Source: Candidatus Rokubacteria bacterium GWC2_70_16 (lineage in GTDB: Bacteria; Methylomirabilota; Methylomirabilia; Rokubacteriales; CSP1-6). Taken from it: DNA of 43,878 nucleotides. A program made the translations under genes and the position numbers. The DNA is taken from NCBI GenBank assembly GCA_001788415.1, contig MGBV01000193.1:1-43878 (forward strand). The letters are read 5' to 3'. Under the pieces are notes generated by a model. The model had not been told where the DNA came from and did no database searches. It saw nothing but the letters and a program-made list of their open reading frames with translations. Below, piece by piece: positions 1 through 8,386 of this stretch (positions within the stretch are counted from its first letter, which is position 1; each line of letters opens with the position of its first letter).

Positions 1-107
1 CGCGCCTCCCTGAGGCAGCGGGCCACCGCCACCCCCGGCCCCGGGTTGTCCGAGGCCGCGAGCCCCGTGATCGCGACGGTCAGGCTACGATTCGGACAGG
101 AGTCCAT
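1..107 (-). CDS. N-terminal fragment (35 codons) of a gene running off the left edge; possibly an ATP-grasp-type ligase
   Basis: ATG at 107 on the minus strand, with an in-frame TGA three codons upstream (116-114). Reads MDSCPNRSLTVAITGLAASDNPGPGVAVARCLREA. Overlaps the 3' end of the PqqD-like gene by 23 nt. Absent from the ORF track because it is truncated. The family guess rests only on a Gly-rich strand-loop motif. Confidence 0.3.
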   Translation of the reverse strand, partial: MDSCPNRSLTVAITGLAASDNPGPGVAVARCLREA

Positions 108-303
108 GGATTCTCACCTGGGCGAGAAAGGCGAGCACGTCTGCGAGGGCCCGGGCTGGCGAGATCCCGTGAGATCTCGCCAGCCGCTGGGCGATGTCCT
201 CCGGCGCCGCCCCTTCGCGGTAGAGGCGGTGGACGAGCCCACCCGTGGGGTTCAGGGTGAACACGTCTCCGCAGTCCTCCTTGAAGAGAAAGCGCGGCTC
301 CAT
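85..303 (-). CDS. PqqD-family protein (RiPP-recognition-element-like peptide chaperone), 72 aa
   Basis: C-terminal 72 aa of ORF 85..786. The ATG at 303 overlaps the TPR gene stop (TGATG). MEPRFLFKEDCGDVFTLNPTGGLVHRLY..PEDIAQRLARSHGISPARALADVLAFLAQVRIHGLL fits the PqqD pattern: an LNxTG block, then an acidic helix ending DVxxFLxxLxxxGLL. Confidence 0.75.
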   Translation of the reverse strand: MEPRFLFKEDCGDVFTLNPTGGLVHRLYREGAAPEDIAQRLARSHGISPARALADVLAFLAQVRIHGLLSES

Positions 304-3023
304 CAGCGCACCTCGGCCGTCTTCTTCGGCTCGGTGGCGCGCAGCCCGGCCAGCACCGGCGGATAGGCCGGATACACCTCCTGCGCCGTCAGATAGATCT
401 CCCGCGCGGCCGCCTGCTCGCCCTTCTTCGCGAGGCAGCTGGCCTTGCCCACCATGGAGGAAACCAGGTCGGGGTCGCGGTCCAGCGAGGCGTCGAAGCG
501 CTCGACGGCCTGCTCGCACTTGCCCGCCACCACCGAGACCCAGCCGAGAATGGACTGCACATCGGTCAGCACCGGGTAGCTGCCCGACTCCGGGAACACG
601 ACCCACACCGTGCGGTGCTCCGCCTGGCGCCTGGCCTTGAGCGCGCGGTTGAGGCTCGCCTCGGCCTCCGGCGCCTTGCCGAGCTTGTAGAGGGCGTAGC
701 CGTGGCCGAACCACGCGTTGCCGTCGGCCGCATCGTCCTTGGCGATCTCCTCGAAGAGCTTGCGCGCGGGCTCGAAGGTCTGCCACCTCACATAGCCCCA
801 GGCCAGGTCGCCCCTGAGATCTCGGTAGTCCTTGCTGCCCGTCAGCTCCCGGAAGGGCTTGTCATCCGAGTAGCCCGGGATGAGGGTGAGGGCGTAGCGA
901 AAGGCCGCCTTGGCCTCTGCGGGGCGGTTGAGCTTCACATAGGTCCAGCCGAGCATACGATTCACCTCGGCGGAGGCCGGAGCGATCCGGTAGGCCGCCG
1001 TGAAGGCCGCGAGGGCCCCCTTGGCGTCGCCGCTGGCGAGCAGCGCCCGGCCCTGGGCGGCCTGGTAGTCGAGGGAGCCGGGGGCGAGCGCGGCGGCGCG
1101 TCCGAGCGCCGGGGCGGCCGCTCCGTGCTGGCCCAGGCCGGCCAGAGCCAGCCCCTGCCCGTACAGGACATCGGCGTCCTCGCCGGCCTTGACGAGCTGC
1201 TCGAACTCTGCGGCGGCATCCTGGAGCTTGCCGCCGTAGTAAAGGCTCCACGCCTGCCCGCGGCGGGCCTCCCGCACGTACTCGGCTGGCAGCCCGGCGG
1301 TGTCGCTCACCTTCTTGAAGAGCGGCGCCGCCTCACCGAACTTGCCCTGGTTGTACGCGGCCCACGCCACATCCAGCTCGGGCGCGCGCACGCGCCTCAG
1401 CTCGGCGAACCCGCGCAGGGCGGCGGCGTAGCCGGGTGCGTCGGTCAGCGCCTCGGCGAAGAGCTTCCCGGCCTGCTCGGGCTGGTTGCGCCGGAGCGCG
1501 ATCCAGCCGCTACCGGCCTTCGCCTCGGCCTCCTCCAGCTTCGAGGCTGGCCGGATCTGCTTGAAGGCCTCCTCGGCGCGATCGACCTTGCCGAGCGCCA
1601 GCTCGGACCATCCGATGCCGCCGCGGACGAAGGGAAGCGTCGTGGCGGGCAGATCTCCGGGACTGGCCAGGAGCGTCTCGAAGGCCTTGATGGCCCGCTC
1701 GTGCTGGCCCAGATAGAAGAGCTCCCAGGCCTGGTCGTGCGGGCCGAAGCGCGCGGCGCGGAGCGCGGCGAAGCCGTTCGCCGCCGCCGCCAGGCCGGGG
1801 ATGGTCCCGTTGGCCTGGACGAAGGCCTTCTCGGCCTTGTCCCACTCCTTGCGGCGGAGCGCGATGAACCCGAGCCCGGCCGTGGCCTCGGCGCCGTTCG
1901 GAAGTTGGCGCAGCGACTCCTGGAAGAGCCTCTCCGCCTCGTCCATCTCGCCGAGCCCGAGCCGAGCCCAGCCGATCCCATTGAGCACGAGAGGCTTCAT
2001 GGTCTCGGGCAGCCGCCCCGGCTCCTTGCGCAGCCCCTCGAAGGCGGCCACGGCCTCGCCGTGCTTGCCGCCGTAGTAGAGCGCCCAGGCCTCGTCGAAG
2101 GCCTTGTAGCGCTTGCCCCTGAGCTCGCGCATCCCTTCCAGCGCCCGCCCATAGCCGGGCAGGGCGACCAGCGCTCGGCCGAAGCCCGCCTCGGCCTCGT
2201 CGAGCCGGTCCCGCTTGAGGGCCACCCAGGCGAGTCCCGCCTCGGCCTCGGCCGGGCGCGCCGTCTTGAGCTGGGCGAAGACCTCGGCGGCCTTCGTGGA
2301 ATCGCCCGTCTGCAGATAGCTCCACGCCAGGAGCGACTGCACCTCCAGCCACGCGGGCTTGCCCTTGAGCGCCGCCACCAGGTGCGGAATCGCCTTGGCG
2401 GGCTCGCCCTTGGCCACGAAGAGATCGCCCAGGCCGCGCTGGCCCTCGTGAGGCTTGTTGGTCCCCGAGGGGGTCTGGGCCAGGTACTCGCGGAATGCGG
2501 CCTCGGATTCGTTGAACTTGCCCTGGGCGAGGTACACGAACCCCAGCCCCAGGTACGGCTCGTCCCAGCCGGAGGAGAGCTTGTTCAGCGCCGAGAACTG
2601 CGCGTGAGCGAGCCGGATCCATCCCTTCTTGAAGTAGGTCCAGCCCAGCCCCTTCCGGGCCGAGGCCAGGTCGGGGTTGTTGACGGCCGTGACATCCGAG
2701 GCGATGTTGAAGGTGATGATCTCGTCCGTCGTGGGACGCCGCTGGGCCGGGGCCTCGCGCAGGACGCTCTTGAAGCGGACCAGCGCCTCGTCGTAGCGCC
2801 CCTGGCCCCAGAGGCTCCACCCCATGAGGAGGCGGGCGTCCATCGCATCCGGCGACTTCGCGAGGATGGCGCCCAGCACCTTCTCGGCCTCGGCGAACTT
2901 CTCCGCCTTGAAGAGCTTGACCGCATCGTCCTGACTGGGCGCCGCCACGGCGCCATCGAGCATGGCTGCGAACCCGACCAGCATGATGCACGCCACCAGC
3001 GACACCAGAGATCTCCTGCTCAT
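303..3023 (-). CDS. Secreted tetratricopeptide-repeat (TPR) protein, 906 aa
   Basis: Internal ATG at 3023 preceded by GGAGGAG. Signal-like N-terminus MSRRSLVSLVACIMLVGFAAMLDGAVAAPS. The rest is many tandem TPR-like units (W/Y..G....EA...F..AL...P). Confidence 0.85.
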   Translation of the reverse strand: MSRRSLVSLVACIMLVGFAAMLDGAVAAPSQDDAVKLFKAEKFAEAEKVLGAILAKSPDAMDARLLMGWSLWGQGRYDEALVRFKSVLREAPAQRRPTTDEIITFNIASDVTAVNNPDLASARKGLGWTYFKKGWIRLAHAQFSALNKLSSGWDEPYLGLGFVYLAQGKFNESEAAFREYLAQTPSGTNKPHEGQRGLGDLFVAKGEPAKAIPHLVAALKGKPAWLEVQSLLAWSYLQTGDSTKAAEVFAQLKTARPAEAEAGLAWVALKRDRLDEAEAGFGRALVALPGYGRALEGMRELRGKRYKAFDEAWALYYGGKHGEAVAAFEGLRKEPGRLPETMKPLVLNGIGWARLGLGEMDEAERLFQESLRQLPNGAEATAGLGFIALRRKEWDKAEKAFVQANGTIPGLAAAANGFAALRAARFGPHDQAWELFYLGQHERAIKAFETLLASPGDLPATTLPFVRGGIGWSELALGKVDRAEEAFKQIRPASKLEEAEAKAGSGWIALRRNQPEQAGKLFAEALTDAPGYAAALRGFAELRRVRAPELDVAWAAYNQGKFGEAAPLFKKVSDTAGLPAEYVREARRGQAWSLYYGGKLQDAAAEFEQLVKAGEDADVLYGQGLALAGLGQHGAAAPALGRAAALAPGSLDYQAAQGRALLASGDAKGALAAFTAAYRIAPASAEVNRMLGWTYVKLNRPAEAKAAFRYALTLIPGYSDDKPFRELTGSKDYRDLRGDLAWGYVRWQTFEPARKLFEEIAKDDAADGNAWFGHGYALYKLGKAPEAEASLNRALKARRQAEHRTVWVVFPESGSYPVLTDVQSILGWVSVVAGKCEQAVERFDASLDRDPDLVSSMVGKASCLAKKGEQAAAREIYLTAQEVYPAYPPVLAGLRATEPKKTAEVR

Positions 3024-3392
3024 CGCAGCTCCTCCCCTTGCTCCAGCCCGCCTGGTCCCTGTAACTGGCGCGTGGAGCAGCTTCCCAGTGACCTGCCGCC
3101 GCGGCGTCATGGCACTGCCCGACAGCGCCTGCGCGCCTGATGTTGTGACCTGCGGGGGAGAGTTGCACGGGCGATGCCATCGCCCGGAGCAGGACAGGCT
3201 CCAGGAAATCAGCTAGATCCATCTCGGAAGGAGGACGGGAGCCCTGGGCCGTGCCAGGCTGACACAGCGCCTTGCCGGCCTGGCACATCCGCGAAGGCCC
3301 GGGGCTTCGACCCGCCTGTCACGAGCCCGAGGCGACTGGCGGCGGGCGCCTGTCAGCTGGCCTGGCGGATCTTTGCGGATGCCTCGAGGTGC

Positions 3393-3428
3393 AACAGAAA
3401 CCCGCGATCCCTCACGGAACCGCGGGTC
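3393..3428 (-). terminator. Intrinsic terminator downstream of tRNA-Gly
   Basis: Minus strand reads GACCCGCGGUUCC-GUGA-GGGAUCGCGGGUU followed by UUCUGUU. This gives a stem of about 13 bp (with G:U pairs), a GUGA tetraloop and a U-rich tail, starting 8 nt after the tRNA 3' end. Confidence 0.6.
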
Positions 3429-3435
3429 TCGAATC

Positions 3436-3510
3436 TGGAGCGGCCGACCGGATTCGAACCGGCGACGTCCAGCTTGGGAAGCTGGCATTCTGCCACTGAA
3501 TTACGGCCGC
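3436..3510 (-). tRNA. tRNA-Gly (anticodon CCC), CCA encoded
   Basis: Reverse complement is GCGGCCGTAATTCAGTGGCAGAATGCCAGCTTCCCAAGCTGGACGTCGCCGGTTCGAATCCGGTCGGCCGCTCCA. It has a 7-bp acceptor stem, D arm ATTC/GAAT, anticodon stem CCAGC/GCTGG with loop TTCCCAA, T arm with GTTCGAATC, discriminator U and a 3' CCA. Confidence 0.93.
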
Positions 3511-3556
3511 TCGATGTCCCTGATTCTAGCCCGTGCGCCCGGGCCCTGTCATCCCC

Positions 3557-5107
3557 TTACTTCGCGTCCTTGACGGCCATGTCGTAGCCCTTGAGCCGCT
3601 CGTCGCCGCGGGCCTTCCACACCATGCGCTTGGTGGCGCCGTAGAGATCGAGTTGCTGGTAGAGCGGCATGGCCGCGGCGTCCTCGACCCAGAGCCGGTT
3701 GATCTTGTGGTAGAGATCGAGCCGCTTCTTGGGATCCATGGTCTTCTGCGCCTCGTCCACCATGCCGTCGAAGTCGGCGTTGTAGTAGTTGCCGAGGATC
3801 TTGCCGGAGCGGAAGAGCGGACCGTAGACGGTCTCGGCGTCGTAGGTCGTGGTGCCCCAGCCGATGAGCCACACCGGCCCCGCCTTGTGGACATAGGCCA
3901 TGGTGTTGAGGTAGGTGCCCCACTCGTGGATCCTGAGCGTCGTGCGGATGCCGGCCTTGGTGAGCTGTCCCGCCACCGCCTCGGCCACTTCCTTGTCGCG
4001 CACGTAGCGGCCCTGGGGGCCGTTGAGCACCATGTCAACCCCGTTGGGGAAGCCCGCTGCCGCGAGGAGCTGCTTGCTCTTCGCCAGGTCCTGCTTGAGG
4101 GGCTTGAGCGCGGGGTCGAAGCCGAAGTGCTTGCTCGTGAGCATGGTGGCCACGCGCACGCCCTTGCCATCGAGCACGTTCTTGATGATCTCGTCGATGT
4201 CCACCGCGTCGTTCATCGCCAGGCGCACCCGCCGGTCACCCACGGGGCCCGGGTATGGCCCGGTGTTCTTGTGCTGGGCGTCGAACTGATGCGTGTAGTA
4301 CATGAGCTGGATGGTCCTGACGCTCGGCGCCGTGGAGAGGAAGAGCTTCGGATGGTTGGCGATGATGCTGGCCAGATGCGGGGGGATGTTCACGGCCACG
4401 TCGATCTCGCCGTTCTGGAGCGCCGCCACCCGCACCGCGTCGTCGGGGATGGGCCGGAACACGAGGTGCTTCACCTTCGGGGCGCCCTGCCAGTACTGCT
4501 CGTTGGCCTCCAGCTCGATCCGGTCGTCCTTCACCCAGCGGACGAACTTGAAGGGGCCCGAGCCCACGGGGTTCCGCGCCACGTGGGCCAGGTCCTTCTC
4601 CTTGTAATACCTGGGGGGAAGCATCGCCGCCTGGCCCCCGGCCATCAGCGTGTCGAGGATGGGCCACGGCGCCTTCGTGTGGATGCGCGCCGTGTGGGGA
4701 TCCACCACCTCCACCCGCTCGATGGGCGCGAAGGGCCCGGCCCCGCGGAGCTTGAGCTTGGGATCCACGAGCCGCTCGAGGCTGAACTTCACCGACTCCG
4801 CGTCGAAGGGCTCGCCGTTTTGGAACTTGACCCCCTTCCGCAGCTTGAACTCCCACACCGTGGGGGCCACGATCCTGTACGACTCCGCCAGCAGCGGGAC
4901 GATCTTGAGCTCCTGGTCGCGCTCCAGCAGCGTGTCGAACATGTTCGCCGCCAGGTTGCTTGCGGGGGTTTCCTGGTGGTTCATCGGGTCCAGGGTCGTG
5001 GGATCCACCCCCTGGGCAACGACGACGGTGCCCTTGGGCGCAGCCCAGGCCGGGAGCGGCCAGGCCGCCAGCAGCGCGATCAGCAGGATGCCGAGTGTCC
5101 GGGGCAT
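3557..5107 (-). CDS. ABC transporter substrate-binding protein, family 5 (peptide/nickel, DppA/OppA-like)
   Basis: ATG at 5107 with AAGGAGG upstream. Signal peptide MPRTLGILLIALLAAWPLPAWAAP. Family-5 blocks are present (VDPTTLDP, FDTLLERD, and others). No cognate permease or ATPase genes are adjacent. Confidence 0.9.
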   Translation of the reverse strand: MPRTLGILLIALLAAWPLPAWAAPKGTVVVAQGVDPTTLDPMNHQETPASNLAANMFDTLLERDQELKIVPLLAESYRIVAPTVWEFKLRKGVKFQNGEPFDAESVKFSLERLVDPKLKLRGAGPFAPIERVEVVDPHTARIHTKAPWPILDTLMAGGQAAMLPPRYYKEKDLAHVARNPVGSGPFKFVRWVKDDRIELEANEQYWQGAPKVKHLVFRPIPDDAVRVAALQNGEIDVAVNIPPHLASIIANHPKLFLSTAPSVRTIQLMYYTHQFDAQHKNTGPYPGPVGDRRVRLAMNDAVDIDEIIKNVLDGKGVRVATMLTSKHFGFDPALKPLKQDLAKSKQLLAAAGFPNGVDMVLNGPQGRYVRDKEVAEAVAGQLTKAGIRTTLRIHEWGTYLNTMAYVHKAGPVWLIGWGTTTYDAETVYGPLFRSGKILGNYYNADFDGMVDEAQKTMDPKKRLDLYHKINRLWVEDAAAMPLYQQLDLYGATKRMVWKARGDERLKGYDMAVKDAK

Positions 5108-5159
5108 GAGGGCCTCCTTGTGTTGAGCCAGCAGGGGGTGCGTCGGAATGGCGCCTACT

Positions 5160-6635
5160 CTAGGGACTGTCCCCCGCGGAGTCAAGACGCTCAGCGCGCT
5201 GGCCCCTGATGTGGGCGAGCGCCGCCTCGCGGGTCGTGACCAGGCCGAGGGTCTGGGCCTCGCGCGCCCGGGCCAGGAGGCGGCCCACCTCGGGGCCCGG
5301 CGCCAGGCCGAAGGCCTCCATGATGTCCTCGCCGCGCAGCAGGGGCGGCTCGGCGGCGAGCGCCTGCTCCTCCGCAACCCCCGATATCAGCGTGCGGACG
5401 ATCTCACCCCCGGGGCCCGCCCACACGGCGAGCGGAGACTCCCCGCGCACGGCGGCGGCATCGGCCAGGGCCAGGAGCAGCAGGTCGCGGGCATCGTCGC
5501 CCAGGTCGCGGAAGAAGCGGTGGCGTGCGCGCCGCGTGACAATGCCAGCGCGGGCGAGATGCATCGGGCGCAGGTGCTGGCGCACGAGACGCGCGAGGAG
5601 CGCCCCCGCGCGGCCCGAGAGACGGAAGCGCCTGGCCACGGCGGCGGCCCGCTCCGCGCCGAGCCGGTCGTGGCCGATGAAGCGGACGTGATCTTCCACG
5701 AGGGCGAGGGTCTCGGGCTTCGCCACGTCGTGGAGCAGGGCGGCGAGCTTGAGCCCCTCCCGCCGCGTCAGCCGGTCTCCCAGATCCTCGGCGAGGTGGG
5801 CCCGCAGCTCATCGCCCCACGGCGCCAGCGCGCCGAGATCCTCGACCACGAGATCCACCGCCTCCACGGTCCGGAGCGTGTGCTCCCACACGTCGAAGCG
5901 ATGCGGCGCGGGCTGGGGCGTCGCCCTCATGGCGACACTCTCCGGGAGGAGCACCGCGAGGACATCGAGGCCGTCGAGCATCCGCAGCCCCTGCCCCGCA
6001 GCCCGGTCGCCGAGAAGCGCGACGATCTCATCGCGGATCCGCTCGGCCGCGACTCCGGCCAGGCGCGGCGCGGCGGCCCGCACCGCCGTCTCGACCGCGG
6101 CGTCCAGCGTCCAGCCCGGAGCGAGGGCGAGACGCACGCCGCGGAGGGCGCGCACCGGATCGTCATCGAGCGCCGAGGGAGCGCAGAGGCGGACGCGGCG
6201 CGCGGCGAGATCCTCGAGCCCGCCCGTGGCGTCGGTGACCGTCGCTCGCCCTTCCGCGCAGAGCGTCGCGACTGGAACGGCGAGCGCGTTCACCGTGAAG
6301 TCCCTGGCCCTGAGATCCTCCTCGAGGGTCGGGGCACGGTAGTCCCCGATGTCCACCTGCACGGGGCCCACGACCCTGCCCATCCCGCGCCTCTCGTCGA
6401 GGGCCACGAAGGCGCCGGAGGTGCGGGCAGCCAGCGCACGGCCCAGGGTGAGCGCCCCGGAGGGCACGGCGACGTCGAGCTCTGTCACGGGTCGGCCGAG
6501 GAGCGCGTCGCGGACGGCGCCTCCCAGGAGCCAGGCTGGCGCGTCCCTATCGAGGAGCGAGGCGAGGTCGGAGAGCGTCCGGCGGATCTCGCCGGGCAGG
6601 CCCTCGAGCGACAGCCGCCCCCCCCCGGCAGTCAC
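5160..6635 (-). CDS. cca: tRNA nucleotidyltransferase (CCA-adding enzyme family) with C-terminal HD domain
   Basis: GTG at 6635 overlaps the upstream stop (GTGA). Class II head motifs are present: LLGGAVRDALLG..ELDVAV, RDFTVNALA, DDDPVRALRGVRLA. HD motif LLHDVAKP. Confidence 0.85.
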   Translation of the reverse strand: MTAGGGRLSLEGLPGEIRRTLSDLASLLDRDAPAWLLGGAVRDALLGRPVTELDVAVPSGALTLGRALAARTSGAFVALDERRGMGRVVGPVQVDIGDYRAPTLEEDLRARDFTVNALAVPVATLCAEGRATVTDATGGLEDLAARRVRLCAPSALDDDPVRALRGVRLALAPGWTLDAAVETAVRAAAPRLAGVAAERIRDEIVALLGDRAAGQGLRMLDGLDVLAVLLPESVAMRATPQPAPHRFDVWEHTLRTVEAVDLVVEDLGALAPWGDELRAHLAEDLGDRLTRREGLKLAALLHDVAKPETLALVEDHVRFIGHDRLGAERAAAVARRFRLSGRAGALLARLVRQHLRPMHLARAGIVTRRARHRFFRDLGDDARDLLLLALADAAAVRGESPLAVWAGPGGEIVRTLISGVAEEQALAAEPPLLRGEDIMEAFGLAPGPEVGRLLARAREAQTLGLVTTREAALAHIRGQRAERLDSAGDSP

Positions 6636-7486
6636 GGGAGCCCGAGAAGGCGGGCCGCGTTGTCGCGGAAGATCTTCTGGTAGACGGGCAGGGCCAGATC
6701 GCGCATCCAGAGCGCGTCCCGCTCGTCCTCGTAGGGCCACGGGAGATTGGGAAAGTCGCTGCCGAAGAGGATGCGGTCCTGCCACCGGACGAGATCGTCA
6801 TTGCTGACGTCGATGTGGTTGATGTTGCTGAGCCCCTGGTGCTCGGGGCGGAACGGGGCGAAGGCCATGGTCGTGTCCAGGTGGAGGTTCGGGCAGCGCG
6901 CCATGAGGGCGAAGAACTCGCGCGTCTCGAAGGAGCCCATGTGCGCCACGATGACCTTGAGCGTCGGGAAGCGCTCCATGACGCGCGCGAAGCGGGGGAA
7001 GCCGTCGAAGCCGTTGGGCCACGGCGCCGTCCCCACGTGGATGAGGAGCAGCCGGTCGAGATCGAGCAGCCGCTCGTAGACCGGCATCACGCGCGGGTCG
7101 TCGGGAAAGAAGCGCTGCACGTTGATGTGGAGCTTGAAGCCCGGGAAGCCATAGTCGGTGAGCGCCTCCTCCGCCACCTCCAGCATGTCGGGATCGTCGG
7201 GATGGATCGTGCCGAGCGGCAGGCCGCCGGGCGCCTGCGCCCGCGCCGCATGGAGCCAGGCGTTGATCTCGCGCGCGATGCCCGCCTTGTGGGCATAGGA
7301 GCAGTACAGGAACCGCTCGACGCCGCGCCCGCGGAGGAACCCTGCGACGAGCGCGGGGTCGGTCGGGTGCGTGAGCTTCCAGGTCGAGCGCTCGGCGAAC
7401 CACCGGCGGATCGCCCGGAAGAGCCACTCCGGGTGGAGGTGGGTGTGGACGTCGATGTAGCGGAAGCCCGGCGGCGGCTCCGTCAT
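6632..7486 (-). CDS. Amidohydrolase-2 family metal-dependent hydrolase (TIM barrel), 284 aa
   Basis: ATG at 7486 overlaps the upstream stop (ATGA). Contains YIDVHTHLHP (HxH), AHMG and FGSDFP metal-ligand blocks. Confidence 0.85.
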   Translation of the reverse strand: MTEPPPGFRYIDVHTHLHPEWLFRAIRRWFAERSTWKLTHPTDPALVAGFLRGRGVERFLYCSYAHKAGIAREINAWLHAARAQAPGGLPLGTIHPDDPDMLEVAEEALTDYGFPGFKLHINVQRFFPDDPRVMPVYERLLDLDRLLLIHVGTAPWPNGFDGFPRFARVMERFPTLKVIVAHMGSFETREFFALMARCPNLHLDTTMAFAPFRPEHQGLSNINHIDVSNDDLVRWQDRILFGSDFPNLPWPYEDERDALWMRDLALPVYQKIFRDNAARLLGLP

Positions 7487-8376
7487 CGAGCGCTCACCAC
7501 GAAGCGGCCGGGCCAGCCGGCCACCTCCACGCCCGCGCGCAGCGCGCCGCGACCCTCGAGGCGCGTCAGCGCCGCCGCCACCTCGCCGGGCGGGAGCCCG
7601 AACAGCCGCGCGAGCCGGGCGGGGGTCGACCAGCGAGCCGCGCCCAGGTAGCGGGCGAGGAGCCGGTCGAGCGCGGCCGCGCGCCCGAGCCGCCGCCCGT
7701 CGGCCACGGCCTCGGGCAGCCAGCGCTCGAGCAGGTCCCACCGGTAGGAGAAGCTCGGCTCGTAGCGCTCCTCCGTCTTCACGATCCACAGCCCCTGCTG
7801 GAGCTCGGCCATCGCCCGCTCGAACTCGCGCGTCTTCCCCGGCTCCAGCATGTGGCAGTCGGCGCGCAGCCCGCGCGTGTACTGCGGGGACTCGCGCCCG
7901 AGGCTGTCCATGAGGCGCCGGGCCGTGAGCGACAGCCGGCCGGCCTCGTACTCCGCGCGGTAGTCGCGGGCGCGCTGGCGTCCCCGCGCGAGCGCGTAGA
8001 AGGCGGGGAACAGATCGAGCGCGACGAGGACGGGACGCCCCTTGAGGAGCTTGCCGTAGTAGACCTGGCGCCGCGCGGGCAGGGTGTCCTTGAGCTCCCA
8101 CGTGAGCCCGATCCCCGCGTCGTGGTGCGACCGTCGCGGCCAGCGCGGACGCTCCCGTCCCGCGACGGCCTCCCACAGACACGCGAGCCCCTCGGGGAAC
8201 ACGTAGAAGGTGGAGCAGACGCCCACGGCGTTGACGAAGCCGAGCGCGGCGCCCTCGGATCGGATGCGCAGCGCCGGGCGCTGGCGGAAGGCGGCGCGGC
8301 GCGCCGCCAGGAGCGCCGCGCCGTCCGGCCCCGTCACCGGCTCGGGCCGGCGGGCCCGGGCCGCGCCCTGCGACAT
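7483..8376 (-). CDS. Hypothetical protein (297 aa) with a winged-helix-like C-terminal segment
   Basis: ATG at 8376, 10 nt after the KaiC-like stop. Composition is protein-like (W/Y/F-rich blocks such as EERYEPSFSYRWDLLERWLPE). The C-terminus LARLFGLPPGEVAAALTRLEGRGAL looks like a wHTH recognition helix. No family recognised. Confidence 0.65.
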   Translation of the reverse strand: MSQGAARARRPEPVTGPDGAALLAARRAAFRQRPALRIRSEGAALGFVNAVGVCSTFYVFPEGLACLWEAVAGRERPRWPRRSHHDAGIGLTWELKDTLPARRQVYYGKLLKGRPVLVALDLFPAFYALARGRQRARDYRAEYEAGRLSLTARRLMDSLGRESPQYTRGLRADCHMLEPGKTREFERAMAELQQGLWIVKTEERYEPSFSYRWDLLERWLPEAVADGRRLGRAAALDRLLARYLGAARWSTPARLARLFGLPPGEVAAALTRLEGRGALRAGVEVAGWPGRFVVSAR

Positions 8377-8386
8377 CGCGCGCCGC

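Noticed and set aside
46-366. 106-aa plus-strand ORF at the left edge.
   Set aside because: It lies antisense to the PqqD-like gene and the new truncated gene, with no motifs and low-complexity composition.
615-3140. 841-aa plus-strand ORF, one of many similar long ORFs (3533..5209+, 5148..6683+, 14401..16188+, 17144..18802-, 19739..21340-, 31645..33555+, 38373..40241+, 39268..40992+).
   Set aside because: All lie antisense or out of frame to genes with clear family motifs. They are dominated by Arg/Pro/Gly/Ala/Glu runs and have no recognisable domains. Stop-poor mirror frames of this kind are typical in GC-rich DNA.
3213-3488. 91-aa minus-strand ORF and other small ORFs (3174..3587+, 3373..3573+) around the tRNA.
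   Set aside because: They overlap the tRNA-Gly gene and its terminator and are Arg/Pro-rich. They are not credible as RiPP precursors for the nearby PqqD-like gene.
3436-3510. Possibility that tRNA-Gly marks an integrated island (the TPR-PqqD cluster lies immediately downstream).
   Set aside because: No integrase or recombinase was recognised, and I could not find a duplicated copy of the tRNA 3' end in the window. GC content and codon style look uniform. This cannot be excluded without the sequence left of position 1.
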